Part shown: positions 38,455 through 52,028 of the stretch, piece after piece
Layout of the letters: each line of letters starts with the position of its first letter
How positions within the stretch are numbered: the first letter of the stretch is position 1
Origin: Pecten maximus
Lineage: Eukaryota
Assembly (NCBI RefSeq): GCF_902652985.1
Contig: NC_047027.1
Coordinates: 26,660,001-26,724,000 of the forward strand
Length of the DNA stretch: 64,000 bases
Direction of reading: 5' to 3'
Translations under genes and position numbers: made by a program
The notes under the pieces: model-generated
The model's database searches: none
What the model was told of the DNA's origin: nothing
Seen by the model: the letters and a program-made list of their open reading frames with translations, nothing else

Positions 38455-39980
38455 GTCTGACGTTATATGCCAAGTCCCAGATAGACGCCCAGCTAGCTTC
38501 ATCATCTGAGGAGCGTGAGGCAGGGTCTCTTGTTTCTGGCCTACCCACCTACACTCTTGAAGATGTTGGCAAGCATAAGACAAAGGACACCAGGATCTGG
38601 ATGACCTACAAAAATGGAGTTTATGATGTTACAGAATTTGTGGCAAACCACCCTGGTGGGAGTAAGATCCTGCTGGCAGCCGGTGGGGCCATGGACCCGT
38701 TCTGGAACATGTATGCAGTGCACAAGAACAAAGAAGTATTTTCAATGCTTGAAGAACTTCGTATAGGAAACATCACTGAAATTCCAAAAGAGGAGGAACG
38801 GGATGCAAGCAATCCATATGCTAATGATCCAAAACGACACCCTGCCTTACGGCCAAGTTCCTCAACTCCTTTTAATGCTGAGCCTCCTCTTCAGCTCCTC
38901 CCAGACAATTTTCTTACACCTAATGACCTCTTCTTTGTACGTAATCACCTTCCAGTTCCAGATGTAGATCCAAAGACATACAAGTTAGAAGTTGGAATTG
39001 ACGGAGCCTCTCGAAAGAAGAATATAAATCTCAATGATCTAAAGAATCGATTTCAGAAGAAGTCTGTGGCCTCCATTGTGCAATGTGCTGGTAATCGTCG
39101 TAGTGAAATGGTGAAGATCAAATCAGTTAAGGGACTAAACTGGGGCGCAGCTGCCATAAGTAATGCAGAATGGGCTGGAGTATGTCTCGATGATGTCCTG
39201 AAGTATTCTGGGATTGATATAGACACTGTCGATTGTGATCACATTATTTTTGACGGCTTGGATCAAGACCCAACAGGTTCAACCTATGGAGCGTCTATCC
39301 CGATTGAACTAGCTCGTCGTCTGAAGAAGGACATAATTGTAGCATACGAAATGAATGGAGAAGATATTCCTCGGGACCATGGCTACCCAGTACGAATCGT
39401 TCTTCCTGGAATTGTTGGAGCGAGACAGGTAAAATGGTTGTGCAAAATAACACTGTCAAAAAAGGAGAGTGATTGCCATTGGCAACAGAAGGATTACAAA
39501 GGGTTCCACGCGTCAATCGACTGGCATAATGTTGATTTCAGTACAGTGCCAGCCATTCAGGAACTTCCTGTCAACAGCGCCATCTGTGAGCCAGTTAATG
39601 GATCGAGTCTAGAAGAAGGTTCAACTGATGTGACAGTCAAAGGCTATGCGTGGAGCGGAGGTGGTCGTGGCATCGTCAGAGTCGACGTGACAACAGACGG
39701 GGGAAAGACATGGCATTCTGCAGAACTAAAACACCCAGACCAGCCATTATACAAGACATATGCATGGACACTATGGGAAGCGACAGTCCCACTGCCTGCA
39801 GACAAGAAGGATGTTGAGATTCAATGCAAGGCTGTTGACTCTTCCTATAATGTACAGCCAGATAACGTCGATGGAATCTGGAATCTAAGGGGTGTTCTTA
39901 GTAATGCTTGGTTCAAGGTCAACGTTCAAGTCCCAGGAGAGAAGGAAGAGGCAAAAAAGAAAAAGACATCTTGGTGGTAA
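38455..39980 (+). CDS. SUOX: Sulfite oxidase, main exon (cytochrome b5 haem + Mo-cofactor + dimerisation domains); full protein 581 aa
   Basis: GVYDVTEFVANHPGG (b5); FNAEPP..FFVRNHLPVP; QCAGNRR (Mo-ligating Cys); DHGYPVR; VKGYAWSGGGRGIVRVDV; IWNLRGVLSNAW. Acceptor TTCTTGTAG ending 38454. Confidence 0.97.
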
Positions 39981-40004
39981 ACATCTGACATAAACATCAA
40001 AGGT

Positions 40005-40740
40005 AAACCCCAGAGGTCAAACCATAAGGACAAACCAAATGTTGAAACTGAGAGGTAAAATTATACAGGTCAAATGTCGGAGGTCAAATTATACAGGTCA
40101 ACCCAAAGAGGTCAAATTATACAGGTCAAACACATCAAAACACAGAGGTCAAGTGATCATGACAGGTCAAATCATACACGTCAAACCATACACATCAAAC
40201 CATACACGTCAAACCACAGAGGTCAAATTATACACGTCAAACCACAGAGGTCAAGTGATCATGACAAATTATACACGTCAAACTATACACGTCAAACTAT
40301 ACACGTCAAGTGATGACAAATTATACACGTCAAACCATACATGTCAAGTGATCATGACAAATTATACACGTCAAACCATACACGTCAAGTGATGACAAAT
40401 TATACACGTCAAACCATACACGTCAAGTGATGACAAATTATACACGTCAAACCATACATGTCAAGTGATCATGACAAATTATACACGTCAAACCATACAC
40501 GTCAAGTGATGACAAATTATACACGTCAAACCATACACGTCAAGTGATGACAAATTATACACGTCAAACTATACACGTCAAGTGATGACAAATTATACAC
40601 GTCAAACCATACACGTCAAACTACAGAGGTTAAATTATACACGTCAAACCACAGAGGTTAAACCATGCAACATATATGTAGGTCAAACCATACAACATAG
40701 GTCAAACCATACAACATAGGTCAAACCATACAGGTCAAAA
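40005..40740. repeat. Compound minisatellite in/near the SUOX 3' UTR (AAATTATACACGTCAAACCATACACGTCAAGTGATGAC, ~15-bp subunits)
   Basis: Direct reading; begins ~25 nt after the stop codon. AATAAA at ~40739. Confidence 0.9.
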
Positions 40741-40869
40741 TAAACATGTGACACCATATACACGTTGAATGTTACACTTGAATCTCTCATACAGAATAGA
40801 TCATCCTTAAAATGGAAACTAACAAAACCAAAACAAAATCAAACTCTCCACTTGATGCTGCAGTCTCCC

Positions 40870-42962
40870 AAAATACACACGTACTCACCACACACATCTC
40901 TCATACAGGGTCTGCCATCTTAAATACACACGTACTCACCACACACATCTCTCATACAGGGTCTGCCATCTTAAATACACACGTACTCACCACACACATA
41001 TCACATACAGGGTCTGCCATCTTAAATACACACGTACTCACCACACACATCTCTCATACAGGGTCTGCCATCTTAAATACACACGTACTCACCACACACA
41101 TCTCTCATACAGGGTCTGCCATCTTAAATACACATGTACTCACCACACACATATCACATACAGGGTCTGCCATCTTAAATACACACGTACTCACCACACA
41201 CATATCACATACAGGGTCTGCCATCTTAAATACACACGTACTCACCACACACATCTCTCATACAGGGTTTGCCATCTTAAATACACACGTACTCACCACA
41301 CACATCTCTCATACAGGGTCTGCCATCTTAAATACACACGTACTCACCACACACATCTCTCATACAGGGTCTGCCATCTTAAATACACACGTACTCACCA
41401 CACACATATCACATACAGGGTCTGCCATCTTAAATACACACTCACCACACACATCTCTCATACAGGGTCTGCCATCTTAAATACACACGTACTCACCACA
41501 CACATCTCTCATACAGGGTCTGCCATCTTAAATACACACGTACTCACCACACACATATCACATACAGGGTCTGCCATCTTAAATACACACGTACTCACCA
41601 CACACATATCACATACAGGGTCTGCCATCTTAAATACACATGTACTCACCACACACATATCACATACAGGGTCTGCCATCTTAAATACACACGTACTCGC
41701 CACACACATCTCTCATACAGGGTCTGCCATCTTAAATACACACATACTCGCCACACACATCTCTCATACAGGGTCTGCCATCTTAAATACACACGTACTC
41801 ACCACACACATCTCTCATACAGGGTCTGCCATCTTAAATACACACGTACTCACCACACACATCTCTCATACAGGGTCTGCCATCTTAAATACACACGTAC
41901 TCACCACACACATATCACATACAGGGTCTGCCATCTTAAATACACACGTACTCATCACACACATCTCATACAGGGTCTGCCATCTTAAATACACAGGTAC
42001 TCACCACACACATCTCTCATACAGGGTCTGACATCTTAAATACACACGTACTCACCACACACATCTCTCATACAGGGTCTGCCATCTTAAATACACACGT
42101 ACTCACCACACACATCTCTCATACAGGGTCTAGCTGCCATCTTAAATACACACGTACTCACCACACACATCTCTCATACAGGGTCTAGCTGCCATCTTAA
42201 ATACACACGTACTCACCACACACATCTCTCATACAGGGTCTGCCATCTTAAATACACACGTACTCACCACACCCATATCACATACAGGGTCTGCCATCTT
42301 AAATACACACGTACTCACCACACACATCTCTCATACAGGGTCTGCCATCTTAAATACACACGTACTCACCACACACATCTCTCATACAGGGTCTGCCATC
42401 TTAAATACACACGTACTCACCACACACATCTCTCATACAGGGTCTGCCATCTTAAATACACACGTACTCACCACACACATCTCTCAAAAAGGGTCTGCCA
42501 TCTTAAATACACACGTTCTCACCACACACATCTCTCATACAGGGTCTGCCATCTTAAATACACACGTACTCACCACACACATCTCTCATACAGGGTCTGC
42601 CATCTTAAATACACACGTACTCACCACACACATATCACATACAGGGTCTGCCATCTTAAATACACACGTACTCACCACACACATATCACATACAGGGTCT
42701 GCCATCTTAAATACACACGTTCTCACCACACACATCTCTCATACAGGGTCTGCCATCTTAAATACACACTCACCACACACATCTCTCATACAGGGTCTGC
42801 CATCTTAAATACACACGTACTCACCACACACATCTCTCATACAGGGTCTGCCATCTTAAATACACACATTCTCACCACACACATCTCTCATACAGGGTCT
42901 AGCTGCCATCTTAAATACAAACGTACTCACCACACACATCTCTCATACAGGGTCTGCCATCT
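40870..42962. repeat. 51-bp minisatellite, ~41 units
   Basis: TACACACGTACTCACCACACACATCTCTCATACAGGGTCTGCCATCTTAAA, highly homogeneous. Confidence 0.97.
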
Positions 42963-43400
42963 AAATGACTATTATCAAACCCTCCACTTGATATCATTTT
43001 CACTGGTGGAGGACAAGATGTCGGCTATGAATCCTCTTCTTACTGTCTCTATAAATAGATAATAATTTAATCAGAGTAATTACTTTTTACTTATTTCGCT
43101 AGTAAAAACCTCTGGTTGTTCACTTTGATGGTTAAATCTTAGGACATTCTTACTTTGTTTTAGGATATTTTGATAATGTTATTAGTGTTAATTTTACAGC
43201 TCGATAGTAATGTTAAATATCATCTGGAAAGTATTTCTCTTATAATTAGCTGTACAGTTTATATTGTAAAGTAATTTAACATTGAAAATCAAGTACTCAT
43301 ATATATATATATTTCTGTTTTGAAACAAAAGATAGCAATTTTCATCTGTTGTAAAACTCAATAAGATCATGTTCTCTATCAACTACATATAAAAAGTTTA

Positions 43401-43709
43401 GGGAGCGCAATAGCTCAGACGATTAGTGCGCCGGCCACGTAACCTCAGGTGAAGATCAGAGGTACATGGTTCGACACTCCCTACCCATGTCGGTTTGTGT
43501 TTCTTGGGAAGCTGAGAAACGGGTCGGTCTGTGCTGTTGTGGTTGTGGCCTTGGGCAAGACACTTTACCCTAATTGCTCAGGATGGTATGTGACAGGCCA
43601 GGCCTCCGGTATGTTATTCACTACTGTAGTCACTGACTACTACAAGGAGACCCTGCCTCGAAATGACCCTGGCTGTTCACGGGGTGATAAAACCAGCAAA
43701 CAAGCAAAA
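43401..43709 (+). mobile_element. Full-length tRNA-derived SINE with CORE-like domain
   Basis: Box A TAGCTCAGACGATTAG, box B GGTTCGACACTCC, CORE-like GTGGCCTTGGGCAAGACACTTTACCC, tail GAAATGACCCTGGCTGTT..CAAACAAGCAAA. TSD ~AT(A/G)TAAAAAGTTT on both sides. Confidence 0.85.
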
Positions 43710-45049
43710 ATGTAAAAAGTTTTTATAATTTTTTTTTTTTTTTTTTATTTCAGGGTCAATATCAAAGCAACGCATGGCCTGTTAGCAGAGTTATGTGAAT
43801 GGCCAGATTGACAATGTCCGAAGAGAGTTTTGATGGAGAGTGATCATGTGATATTGATGGTAACAGTTCAACACACCTTATCATACTGTTATTCCTCTCT
43901 GAATGCCTGAAAACATAAAAACCGCATAGACACTATTGAAAGGCCATAGTCATATTTTACGTAAACAAAAATGCTTGTGTATATACAATGTACATGTACA
44001 TACATGTATTAATGGATATGGTCTACTTATTGTTCGGAAGTCGGAATTTCCTTGTTGAATAACATGTACATGATATACTTGTTTTAATCTTTGTATCTTT
44101 TGAATTAACTCATATTGATAAGTTAATGTATATATTATTTCATGGCCTAAATGATCGATAATTTTAAACTACTCAGTATTGTCAATATGTAAGCTCGTAC
44201 CTGTTTTTAGTTATCCAATTAAAACTTATGTATTTGTTAATGATATTTAATTACTTTCTAGATAAACAGTATTTTGACAAGGCAATGTGCTTTAATGAAA
44301 AAAAATATTTAGAATAAAGGTTTAGTATTAGTTTGTGAGTGAAGAATATTTTTTAGACCCAGTGTCTATAAAAATTGTACTTAGCAAGTAATCATTTTTT
44401 TAACATTATTTTTATGAAATATGTATTCCTTTTCATCATATATTAAAGTTTTTCTTTATCAGCATTAAAATTGTTAACACCAAGAACATCCCATTTGTAT
44501 GGACATGCGTCGTAGGTAGACAATTATGTTTTTACGTTAACATATATATTTATTATATAAATAACTAAGTCAGCACTTATTTATGCTTTGCGTCACATCA
44601 AGGCTACGATAGTTGTAATATTAAAGTATAGCTAAAACAAGAAACTTTAAATGAAAAAAACGAAACCAGACACTTTATGTTATATAATGCTTTTCAATGC
44701 AATAACAGTAGAATCATTTGTAATGTATGCAGTTATGGCCAGACGCAGCTTATCCTGGTTAATTTCAGCGGTATAACTATAAATCAATATTTGGACATCA
44801 ATGAAGGCATACCCTATGTGTTTTTTATGGAGGTTGTCTTGATTCAGTATTTTGTATGATGAAAGCATTATGCCAAAATGTGATTATGCGTATTACAGTT
44901 TATGTATATGTATTTTATTATTAGAACAAATATTTTGAATATACTAGTCCATCATTGTGCTAATCTTTGAAAAAAATATTAAAATTGAAAATGTTCACTT
45001 TATTTATAATACATTTTTGAAACAAGTTGTATCAACTTATATTAATCAC

Positions 45050-45212
45050 ACTTGTTGTGGGAAGAAAAAAAGAAAGAAAGAAACCGGAGTACCCAAGGAA
45101 AACCATCGGGCAGGTAACTCCATACCTTTTCACATCCGATCAGGAAAATCTAACCTCTACTGCCAAAGTGAAGGGCAAGTGTACTAGTGTTACCACTGTG
45201 TCACCCCACCAC
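45050..45212 (-). mobile_element. Degenerate MetaSINE fragment
   Basis: GAAACCGGAGTACCCAAGGAAAACCA is the Meta core read in reverse. Confidence 0.55.
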
Positions 45213-46425
45213 CCCTATATTCAAAATACTAAGTTTGTTGATATTTAAGCATGCCAAAAAACAAAACTGAAGGTACTAGAATTCCCAGGGGAAATGTTGA
45301 ACAAAAACAAGAAAGAATTTTTGTTTTTATATTGGATTTTGAAAAAATATGAAGTTAGAATTTTTGTTTTTATATTGGATTTTGAAAAAATATGAAGTTA
45401 ATATTTGAGCTTGCCAAAAAAAACGAACCTTACTAGAATTTTTCAGGGAAATCTTGAACAAAAGAAAAAAGTTTTCGATAAGTCTGGTAATAAAAAAGAT
45501 GGTAGGATTTGTATTGAGGTTGTATTTTTTGCGATATGTTAGAAAAATCATTATTTTGTGCTATTTTAACAAAGGTTGAATATCGATTTATATAATGAAT
45601 TTATATGGCTTACCTATGTAGATAACTTAATGCACTAAATAAAGAACATTTTTTGCATTTTTGTTTACTGGTGATGTTGCTTAAGAATATTGAAAAGATT
45701 TCGAAACTGTAATTTTTTAAACTATTTCACCAACAATTAAATACTACACTTCAGCAGTGAACAAACTTAGATTTATTTACCCGGTATTGATGTAAATATG
45801 TTGTGAATTAATATTCCCAGAATATTAATATACTGATTACTGAGTATGTTGACCTACTAAAGCTTTATATGCTTTAACAGTCCCACATTAACAGGAGACT
45901 ATTGAATTTAAACAAAAGCTGAATCCCTCACGCCAACAGAACACTGACCTTACAGTCGATGAGACGAAGCCTTATTTGCCTAGCAGTAGGTGGAGTCATG
46001 TAGGTGGTAAACCTGTAACTAACTAAATAATCACAAGCTCCATCAGTTGACCATACTGCAAATGTTTTGAGTTAATCGTGGGACATTCAATATCTTTTTG
46101 ATTTCATAATACCTAGTAGCTTTTATTTTTGTCAATATTGGATTATATTTTTTTTTTTTATTTTTAAATTTTATCTTGAAGTAGAATCCGGTCCCTGCGT
46201 TTACTTTTAATGAGAAAAGATTATTATTTATTTTTAAATGCATTCTTCACAACTGCTTGTTTTTGTTTTATTAAAATTTATGACTTATCATTGGCTATTG
46301 ATTGCCTTTGATTTTAAAGATCACAAAGGTCATTGTCAACTAGAACTGATGTGGACTGATGGGTCCTAGAAGGACGAGACAACTGTAGGAGGGATTTTGA
46401 TTAATTGTGGCCTCATTAATGAATC

Positions 46426-46496
46426 TGGCCCGAGTTTCCTCTGGCCCTGACACCATATACCAGACATGGTGTCAGGGTCAGAGGAAACTCGGGCTA
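46426..46496. other. 71-nt near-perfect hairpin (mini-MITE or pre-miRNA-like)
   Basis: GCCCGAGTTTCCTCTGGCCCTGACACCAT - 9-nt loop - ATGGTGTCAGGGTCAGAGGAAACTCGGGC. Confidence 0.75.
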
Positions 46497-47504
46497 TATT
46501 GTATCCAGCTCTTATATCCTGTGTGTCATTGTGCAATCCTTTGAAATAACATGAGCAATTAATAAGGTAATTAGTTATAGTTAGATGACAATAATGTCAG
46601 TCAAAGTTGAATTACTTTTAATTTTTATCCGCTGTATAAAGAATTTGTCACCTTTGGTATGCTTGTCAGACACACATATAAGCTTAAATCACATTTGCCT
46701 GTGCACTCTTCTTACAAAGAGAAATTTCTGACTGAGAATAGATTTAGGATATGCTATTGCTTGAAAATAATATTTGCAATTGCATCTACCTAAAATCCCA
46801 AGAAAAATACAAAAAAAAAAAATAAATAAATATTGTCAAAGTCATGAAATGTTTTATATGATCTGCTGTCTTTTTAGAAGCCCTACATCTTATACAGTTT
46901 CTGATAAGTATTTGTTATACACATTTGTGTAGGAATAAAAATACATGTATATTATCTGAAACTTATTTACTAATTCCTGAACTTTGCATACCTGTACAAA
47001 TAATATTTCATTTAGTATTCCTGTGTTCATATCAGGAATCTTAATTTCGCGGGCCCTGATATCTTATAAGCTGATATCTAAATTGTGTTTGTAGAAGTTT
47101 GTGGTATACAAGATCGAAGAAATCAGAATTATGTGTGAAATTTATTAAGATTTAGTTAAGTTGCACATGAAACATAAAAGGTTGTTATGTACATGTATGG
47201 TTTGTATGCATAGCTGAAATATCATTGGTAAGTTTCAAAGCTAAATTGAGTTTTGTGCTGTGGTGATCCTGTATAGAGTGTGAAGAAGTTGAAATATTCA
47301 AGAATAACAGTTATATTTTATTTTTGCATATGTAACAATGTAAGATCAAAATTAATATCAAACTTGATTTTATAAAAAAGTTCATACTTACAATAATGTA
47401 AGCTTGGCTACATATGGGCATTTATATCACAGTACAGTTGTTCAAGTTGTCTCCCCTTGAACTTAGAAAAGTTGCCAATACATTGTGTTAACTATATATA
47501 AAAG

Positions 47505-48285
47505 TGCTATTGTACAGGGGATTGACATATGTATTGTACAGGGGTTTGTGACCCAGAACATTGACATTGTACTGGGGTTCGTGACCTACAACATTGACAT
47601 TGTACAGGGGTTTGTGACCTACAACATTGACATTGTATTGGGGTTCGTGACCTACAACACTGACATTGTACAGGGGTTTGTGACCTACAACATTGACATT
47701 GTACAGGGGTTTGTGACCAAGAACATTGACATTGTACAGGGGTTTGTGACCTACAACATTGACATTGTACAGGGGTTTGTGACCAAGAACATTGACATTG
47801 TACTGGGGTTTGTTACCTAGAACATTGACATTGTACAGGGGTTTGTGACCAAGAACATTGACATTGTACAGGGGTTTGTGACCTACAACATTGACATTGT
47901 ACATGGGTTTGTGACCAAGAACATTGACATTGTACAGGGGTTTGTGACCTACAACATTGACATTGTACAGAGGTTTGTGTCCTAGAACATTGACATTGTA
48001 CAGGGGTTTGTGACCCAGAACATTGACATTGTACAGGGGTTTGTGACACAGAACATTGACATTGTACAGGGGTTTGTGACCTAGAACATTGACATTGTAC
48101 AGGGGTTTGTGACCTAGAACATTGACATTGTACAGGGGTTTGTGACCTAGAACATTGACATTGTACAGGGGTTTGTGACCTAGAACATTGACATTGTACA
48201 GGGGTTTGTGACTCAGAACATTGACATTGTACAGGGGTTTGTGACTCAGAACATTGACATTGTACAGGGGTTTGTGACCCAGAAT
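47505..48285. repeat. 33-bp minisatellite (AACATTGACATTGTACAGGGGTTTGTGACCTAG), ~23 units
   Basis: Direct reading. Confidence 0.95.
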
Positions 48286-49413
48286 ATCATCATATATACA
48301 ATATTGTATTTGGACCTTTGACTGATTTGACAATTTATAGTGCTTTACCTCTATATATTCGTGTCTAAGTAGAATTCTGATGAGAAGATTTACTGTATCA
48401 ACATTTAGGTATATTAAACAGCATTTTGATTGTTTTGATAAACCACATTTTCCGGAGGCTGTAGCAGCCAAGCTGCAATATTGAAATGTATTCAGAGAGA
48501 TTTGTGTTGTATACCTCAATAATAATGACTTTTCTCTTGAGGGTGAGTGTGTGTGTTTATTGAAATTTTACTGTTTGAAATGTTCATGTAAGCAACATTC
48601 GTTTTAATTTCAATCCATTGTTTTGAAAAAGATTTTGTTTTGCTTTTTCTGATGAATTTAAGGGTAGAATTATAAAAACTGAAAACTGATTTTAAATAGT
48701 TTAAAATTAGGTTGTATTTGATGATGAAATCTTGAAAACTGTTAAAACACTTAACTGGATGACCTTGTTAATGAATGTTTAATGCTGAAGTGAGAAAAAA
48801 AAAATCAATAAAACACTTATAAAAAAAATATTGCTAAAATTGCCTTGTTTATATTTTTTCAAAAATTAAACATAGAGGAATTTTCATTGAATGACTATCC
48901 CGGATTGTCAGTTTAAAAAAAAAAAACGAAATTTGATGTGGTGTGTTTGCCAGGGTCAAGGCCTGATACTGTTGAAAAATCAGCATCATACTGTAGGCCG
49001 GTATTGCGGTAATACAGGTGATAGATGAGAATTTAATTGATATAATCTGGAGACAGTAACAAATTTGACACTGTTTAAACCAGAAGTCGAAAAGTAAAAT
49101 GTAGATTTTGAAGAGCTCCATAGATCAATCTTTAACATCGGCTCCTAACAGAACTCTGTTAAATTAATTTTTCTGTACAATTTTCATTTTCTTAAAATTA
49201 TTTTTCTGTACACTTTTCATTTTTTTAGAAAATACAAATGTAATTATTATTGGCCCAAAATGATTGTGTAGTAAAACAACAAAAATTACAGACATACAAT
49301 TGTAATAAAGAAATCATAATTCAAGCTCATTATCAATTAAACGAGAGAATAACGTAGACAAACATATAGATCTGTATGAAGACTCCTGAAAAGTTACAAA
49401 GAGAATGAGACCA

Positions 49414-49633
49414 GGGCCCAGTTGTTCAGAAGGTGGTTATGTTAGCTTAATCACTTGATTAGTGAATTTCATTTCTCATTAATTGTTGCAAAACCTGTGA
49501 GTATGTCGTCTTTAAATTTGCCAGTTAGAGGAGAATTAAGAATTGTCAAGTTAGTTCTACCAGAAATTATTATATCAGGATTTGAAAAATTTAAAATGTG
49601 ATTAGCTTAATCACCTTTTGAACAACTTGGCCC
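49414..49633. mobile_element. ~220-bp PIF/Harbinger-like MITE
   Basis: TIRs GGGCCCAGTTGTTCAGAAGGTG / CACCTTTTGAACAACTTGGCCC; TSD degenerate. Confidence 0.7.
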
Positions 49634-49699
49634 ATGTGTCCTTGAAAAGTAAGCGTCTTCTGACAAATCTATGTCAAACCTGGTGAAGTCACAGCCTCA

Positions 49700-50340
49700 A
49701 ATGAGAATTTGGGTGGTGAAAACGGAACCACTAAGCATATCTACAAGCATTACACAAGTCTGATTCGTACTTCGGAAGAACATAGAATATTTCCACACGG
49801 GATCTTGATGTCGACCCTAATGGTTTATGATCGACATCTATCTACATCTCGTAACCTTGTGCTGCTATATGTTCTCTGTCAGCAGTCGAGATCTGTCTCG
49901 GAAATCGTCATATTGGGAACAAGTCCTTGAATATCGAATCAACTGGGACATGTAATATCGTATGTAGGGGAAACAGGGATGTTGCTATCAAGGAAGGGAA
50001 CATTGAAATCATCACGGTTATCTTTTACCTTAGTTGATAAAGGCTGTAGTGTCCTTGAATTCCGAGTTCTACAGAGTATGTATGACCTACAATAAAGTCA
50101 ATAAAGATTTTGATATTTAAAGATAACATATCGTCAATATACCTATCGGTGACATTGCACGACTTTTCAAGGTCTCTGTCACCTGGTCTGATAACTTCTT
50201 TATAATCAGAAGTAGCATAGCTTATCATAGTAGGAGGGGCATAGTTTGTTCACATAGGTATTCCAATAATCTATTGGAATATCGTGTTAACAAACTCAAC
50301 AAAGATTTTTTTTTCGATCAGAAAGTCAATAATTCGCACA
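49700..50340 (-). pseudogene. Decayed reverse transcriptase fragment, Penelope-like
   Basis: Minus strand GIPM*TNYAP (GIPMGTNCAP-like, ~50232-50263), RYIDDMLSLN and FNVPFLDSNIP, with stops and frameshifts. Confidence 0.7.
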
Positions 50341-50355
50341 ATTTCATCTTTCATC

Positions 50356-50560
50356 ATGGGTGGTAACACGCATGCCTTTTACTTAGGCGGCCGGGGGTCG
50401 ATTCCCCGATCGGACGTGAAAAGGTATATATATATATATATATATATATGGGGTCACCTGCCAGACCACGCGGGTTTTCCCCCGGGTACTCCGGTTTCCT
50501 CCCACAGAAAGACCCCTCACGCGCTTTAATCCGGGCCAACAAGCGTGATTAGTAGTTAAA
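50356..50560 (+). mobile_element. MetaSINE with internal (TA)n expansion
   Basis: Box B-like GGGTCGATTCCCC and Meta core GGTTTTCCCCCGGGTACTCCGGTTTCCTCCCAC. Confidence 0.75.
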
Positions 50561-50709
50561 TAAGTTAAATTTACATTTTACATTTCAACTGAAAGGAGCC
50601 CTAGACCTTAACTAAATATGCCCCCGTATAATTTATATTTATGTTTGTATATTCTCGTTCGATTTTCTTGTAAAAGAACGTTTTCACTACAGGAGAAAGA
50701 CGTCCTTAA

Positions 50710-51055
50710 AGGGACATTATTTCGTTCGGACATCAGAAAACTTGCACAATTTCTATTGATGAAATTTATGTCCAAATAATGATTATACGAGTGTTTGTGC
50801 CTACAGGTAATGATATTAACGCCGAAATATACAGGGAAAATGCGTATTGTATACAAATACCGTTTGTATTTGCGGTAATTAGCGATACGTCGGGTCGAAT
50901 TAAGAATTTTCAGGACTTAATACTCGAGGAACTTTGGTTTATCTTGAGAGTAAAACTGCCGTATAAATGTATAAATTATAACTTTTACAACAATGTAAAA
51001 TTGTAAATTGTGTAATGTTTACGACCTTAACTTCACTCAAACGAAGGGATGTCCC
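50710..51055. mobile_element. Kolobok-like MITE
   Basis: TTAA-AGGGACAT ... ATGTCCC-TTAA termini (short TIR, TTAA flanks). A lone similar right end ACAGGTCCT-TTAA lies at ~18444-18456. Confidence 0.45.
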
Positions 51056-51477
51056 TTAAGATTAGAACGGGCAATGATAGAGTAAAGTTTAGGAAAATCG
51101 AACGTGTTGGTGAAAGAAACGTTCTTTAGCAAGGGGTGTTCTTGATTGATCGAAATATATTTGGAATTTTCGAAATCCACATTCCGTTAATTCCACTTCT
51201 GGAGTAATTCACGTACATGAATTTTGTAAAAAAGCAATTTTCTTAGTTTACCACTGTTCACATGCATTTGAAATTTAATAGGGACCTACATTAGGTATTT
51301 CATTATTATCATTCATTTTAAACTACAAATACCATTTTTTTGTTACCTCTTTGAGCGTGTTGTTAGCTTTCATAGTCGTATTTTGAATTGGATAAATACA
51401 TCGTCAAATACCCTATTATTGTCTGCATGTTCAATAAATCCATAAATGTATTGCAATAAAATGCATTGGTATACTAC

Positions 51478-51570
51478 GGGCCAATAAATTGAAGTAAGAG
51501 TCGTATTTAATTGTTTACATGACATTACCAGTGACGTAATGTAGAGATATATAATTGACGGGTATAAATG
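51478..51570 (+). promoter_or_regulatory. Putative promoter of the C-type lectin gene
   Basis: CCAAT (51481), TGACGTAA (51532-39) and TATAAA (51563-68) in canonical order, ~150 nt before the ATG. Confidence 0.45.
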
Positions 51571-51718
51571 GTAACTTTTCCGTCTGATATGTCCTTAGCT
51601 GTTAGACGGAACTGACAAGAGAATTCTGATCTTTGAACGAAACCGTTATAATCTAGACTTTATTTTAATGTCAGAATATATCATAATTTACGTGTTTTAC
51701 TAGGGTTTAGGGAGAGAG

Positions 51719-51747
51719 ATGATGGCAGGACGTTTGACGGAATACTG
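51719..51747 (+). CDS. C-type lectin-domain protein, coding exon 1 (MMAGRLTEY)
   Basis: ATG followed by a perfect donor TG|GTAAGT; phase 2 matches the next micro-exon. Confidence 0.55.
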
Positions 51748-51807
51748 GTAAGTACACAAGGGGTGGTCGTTCTTCAGAGTGGTCGTAAACACAGGGACTT
51801 GAGAATT

Positions 51808-51864
51808 AGTTACAGTCTACATGTATTTGGTGCTCTCCCTAGTGTGCGTATAACATTTTGAGAC

Positions 51865-51896
<32 letters not shown>

Positions 51897-52028
51897 GGGG
51901 CTAGATTAAACCCCCCCCCCCCCCCCCCCCCTCCTCCAAAAAAAAAAAACAACAACAAAAAAACAACAAAAAAACGTCTCAAAATGTGCTATACACACTA
52001 GGATATCAAAATACATGTAGACTGTAAC
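51808..52028. repeat. ~220-bp foldback with poly-G/poly-C inner stem
   Basis: GTTACAGTCTACATGTATTT..CATTTTGAGACGT(n)G(n) - CTAGATTAAA - C(n)..A(n)CGTCTCAAAATG..AAATACATGTAGACTGTAAC. Confidence 0.8.

Noticed and set aside
40812-48519. Long repetitive ORFs (222 aa at 40812, 343 aa at 47488; also 34359 and 20765-22543)
   Set aside because: Stop-free frames arise from unit lengths divisible by 3 or low complexity; no splice or homology support.
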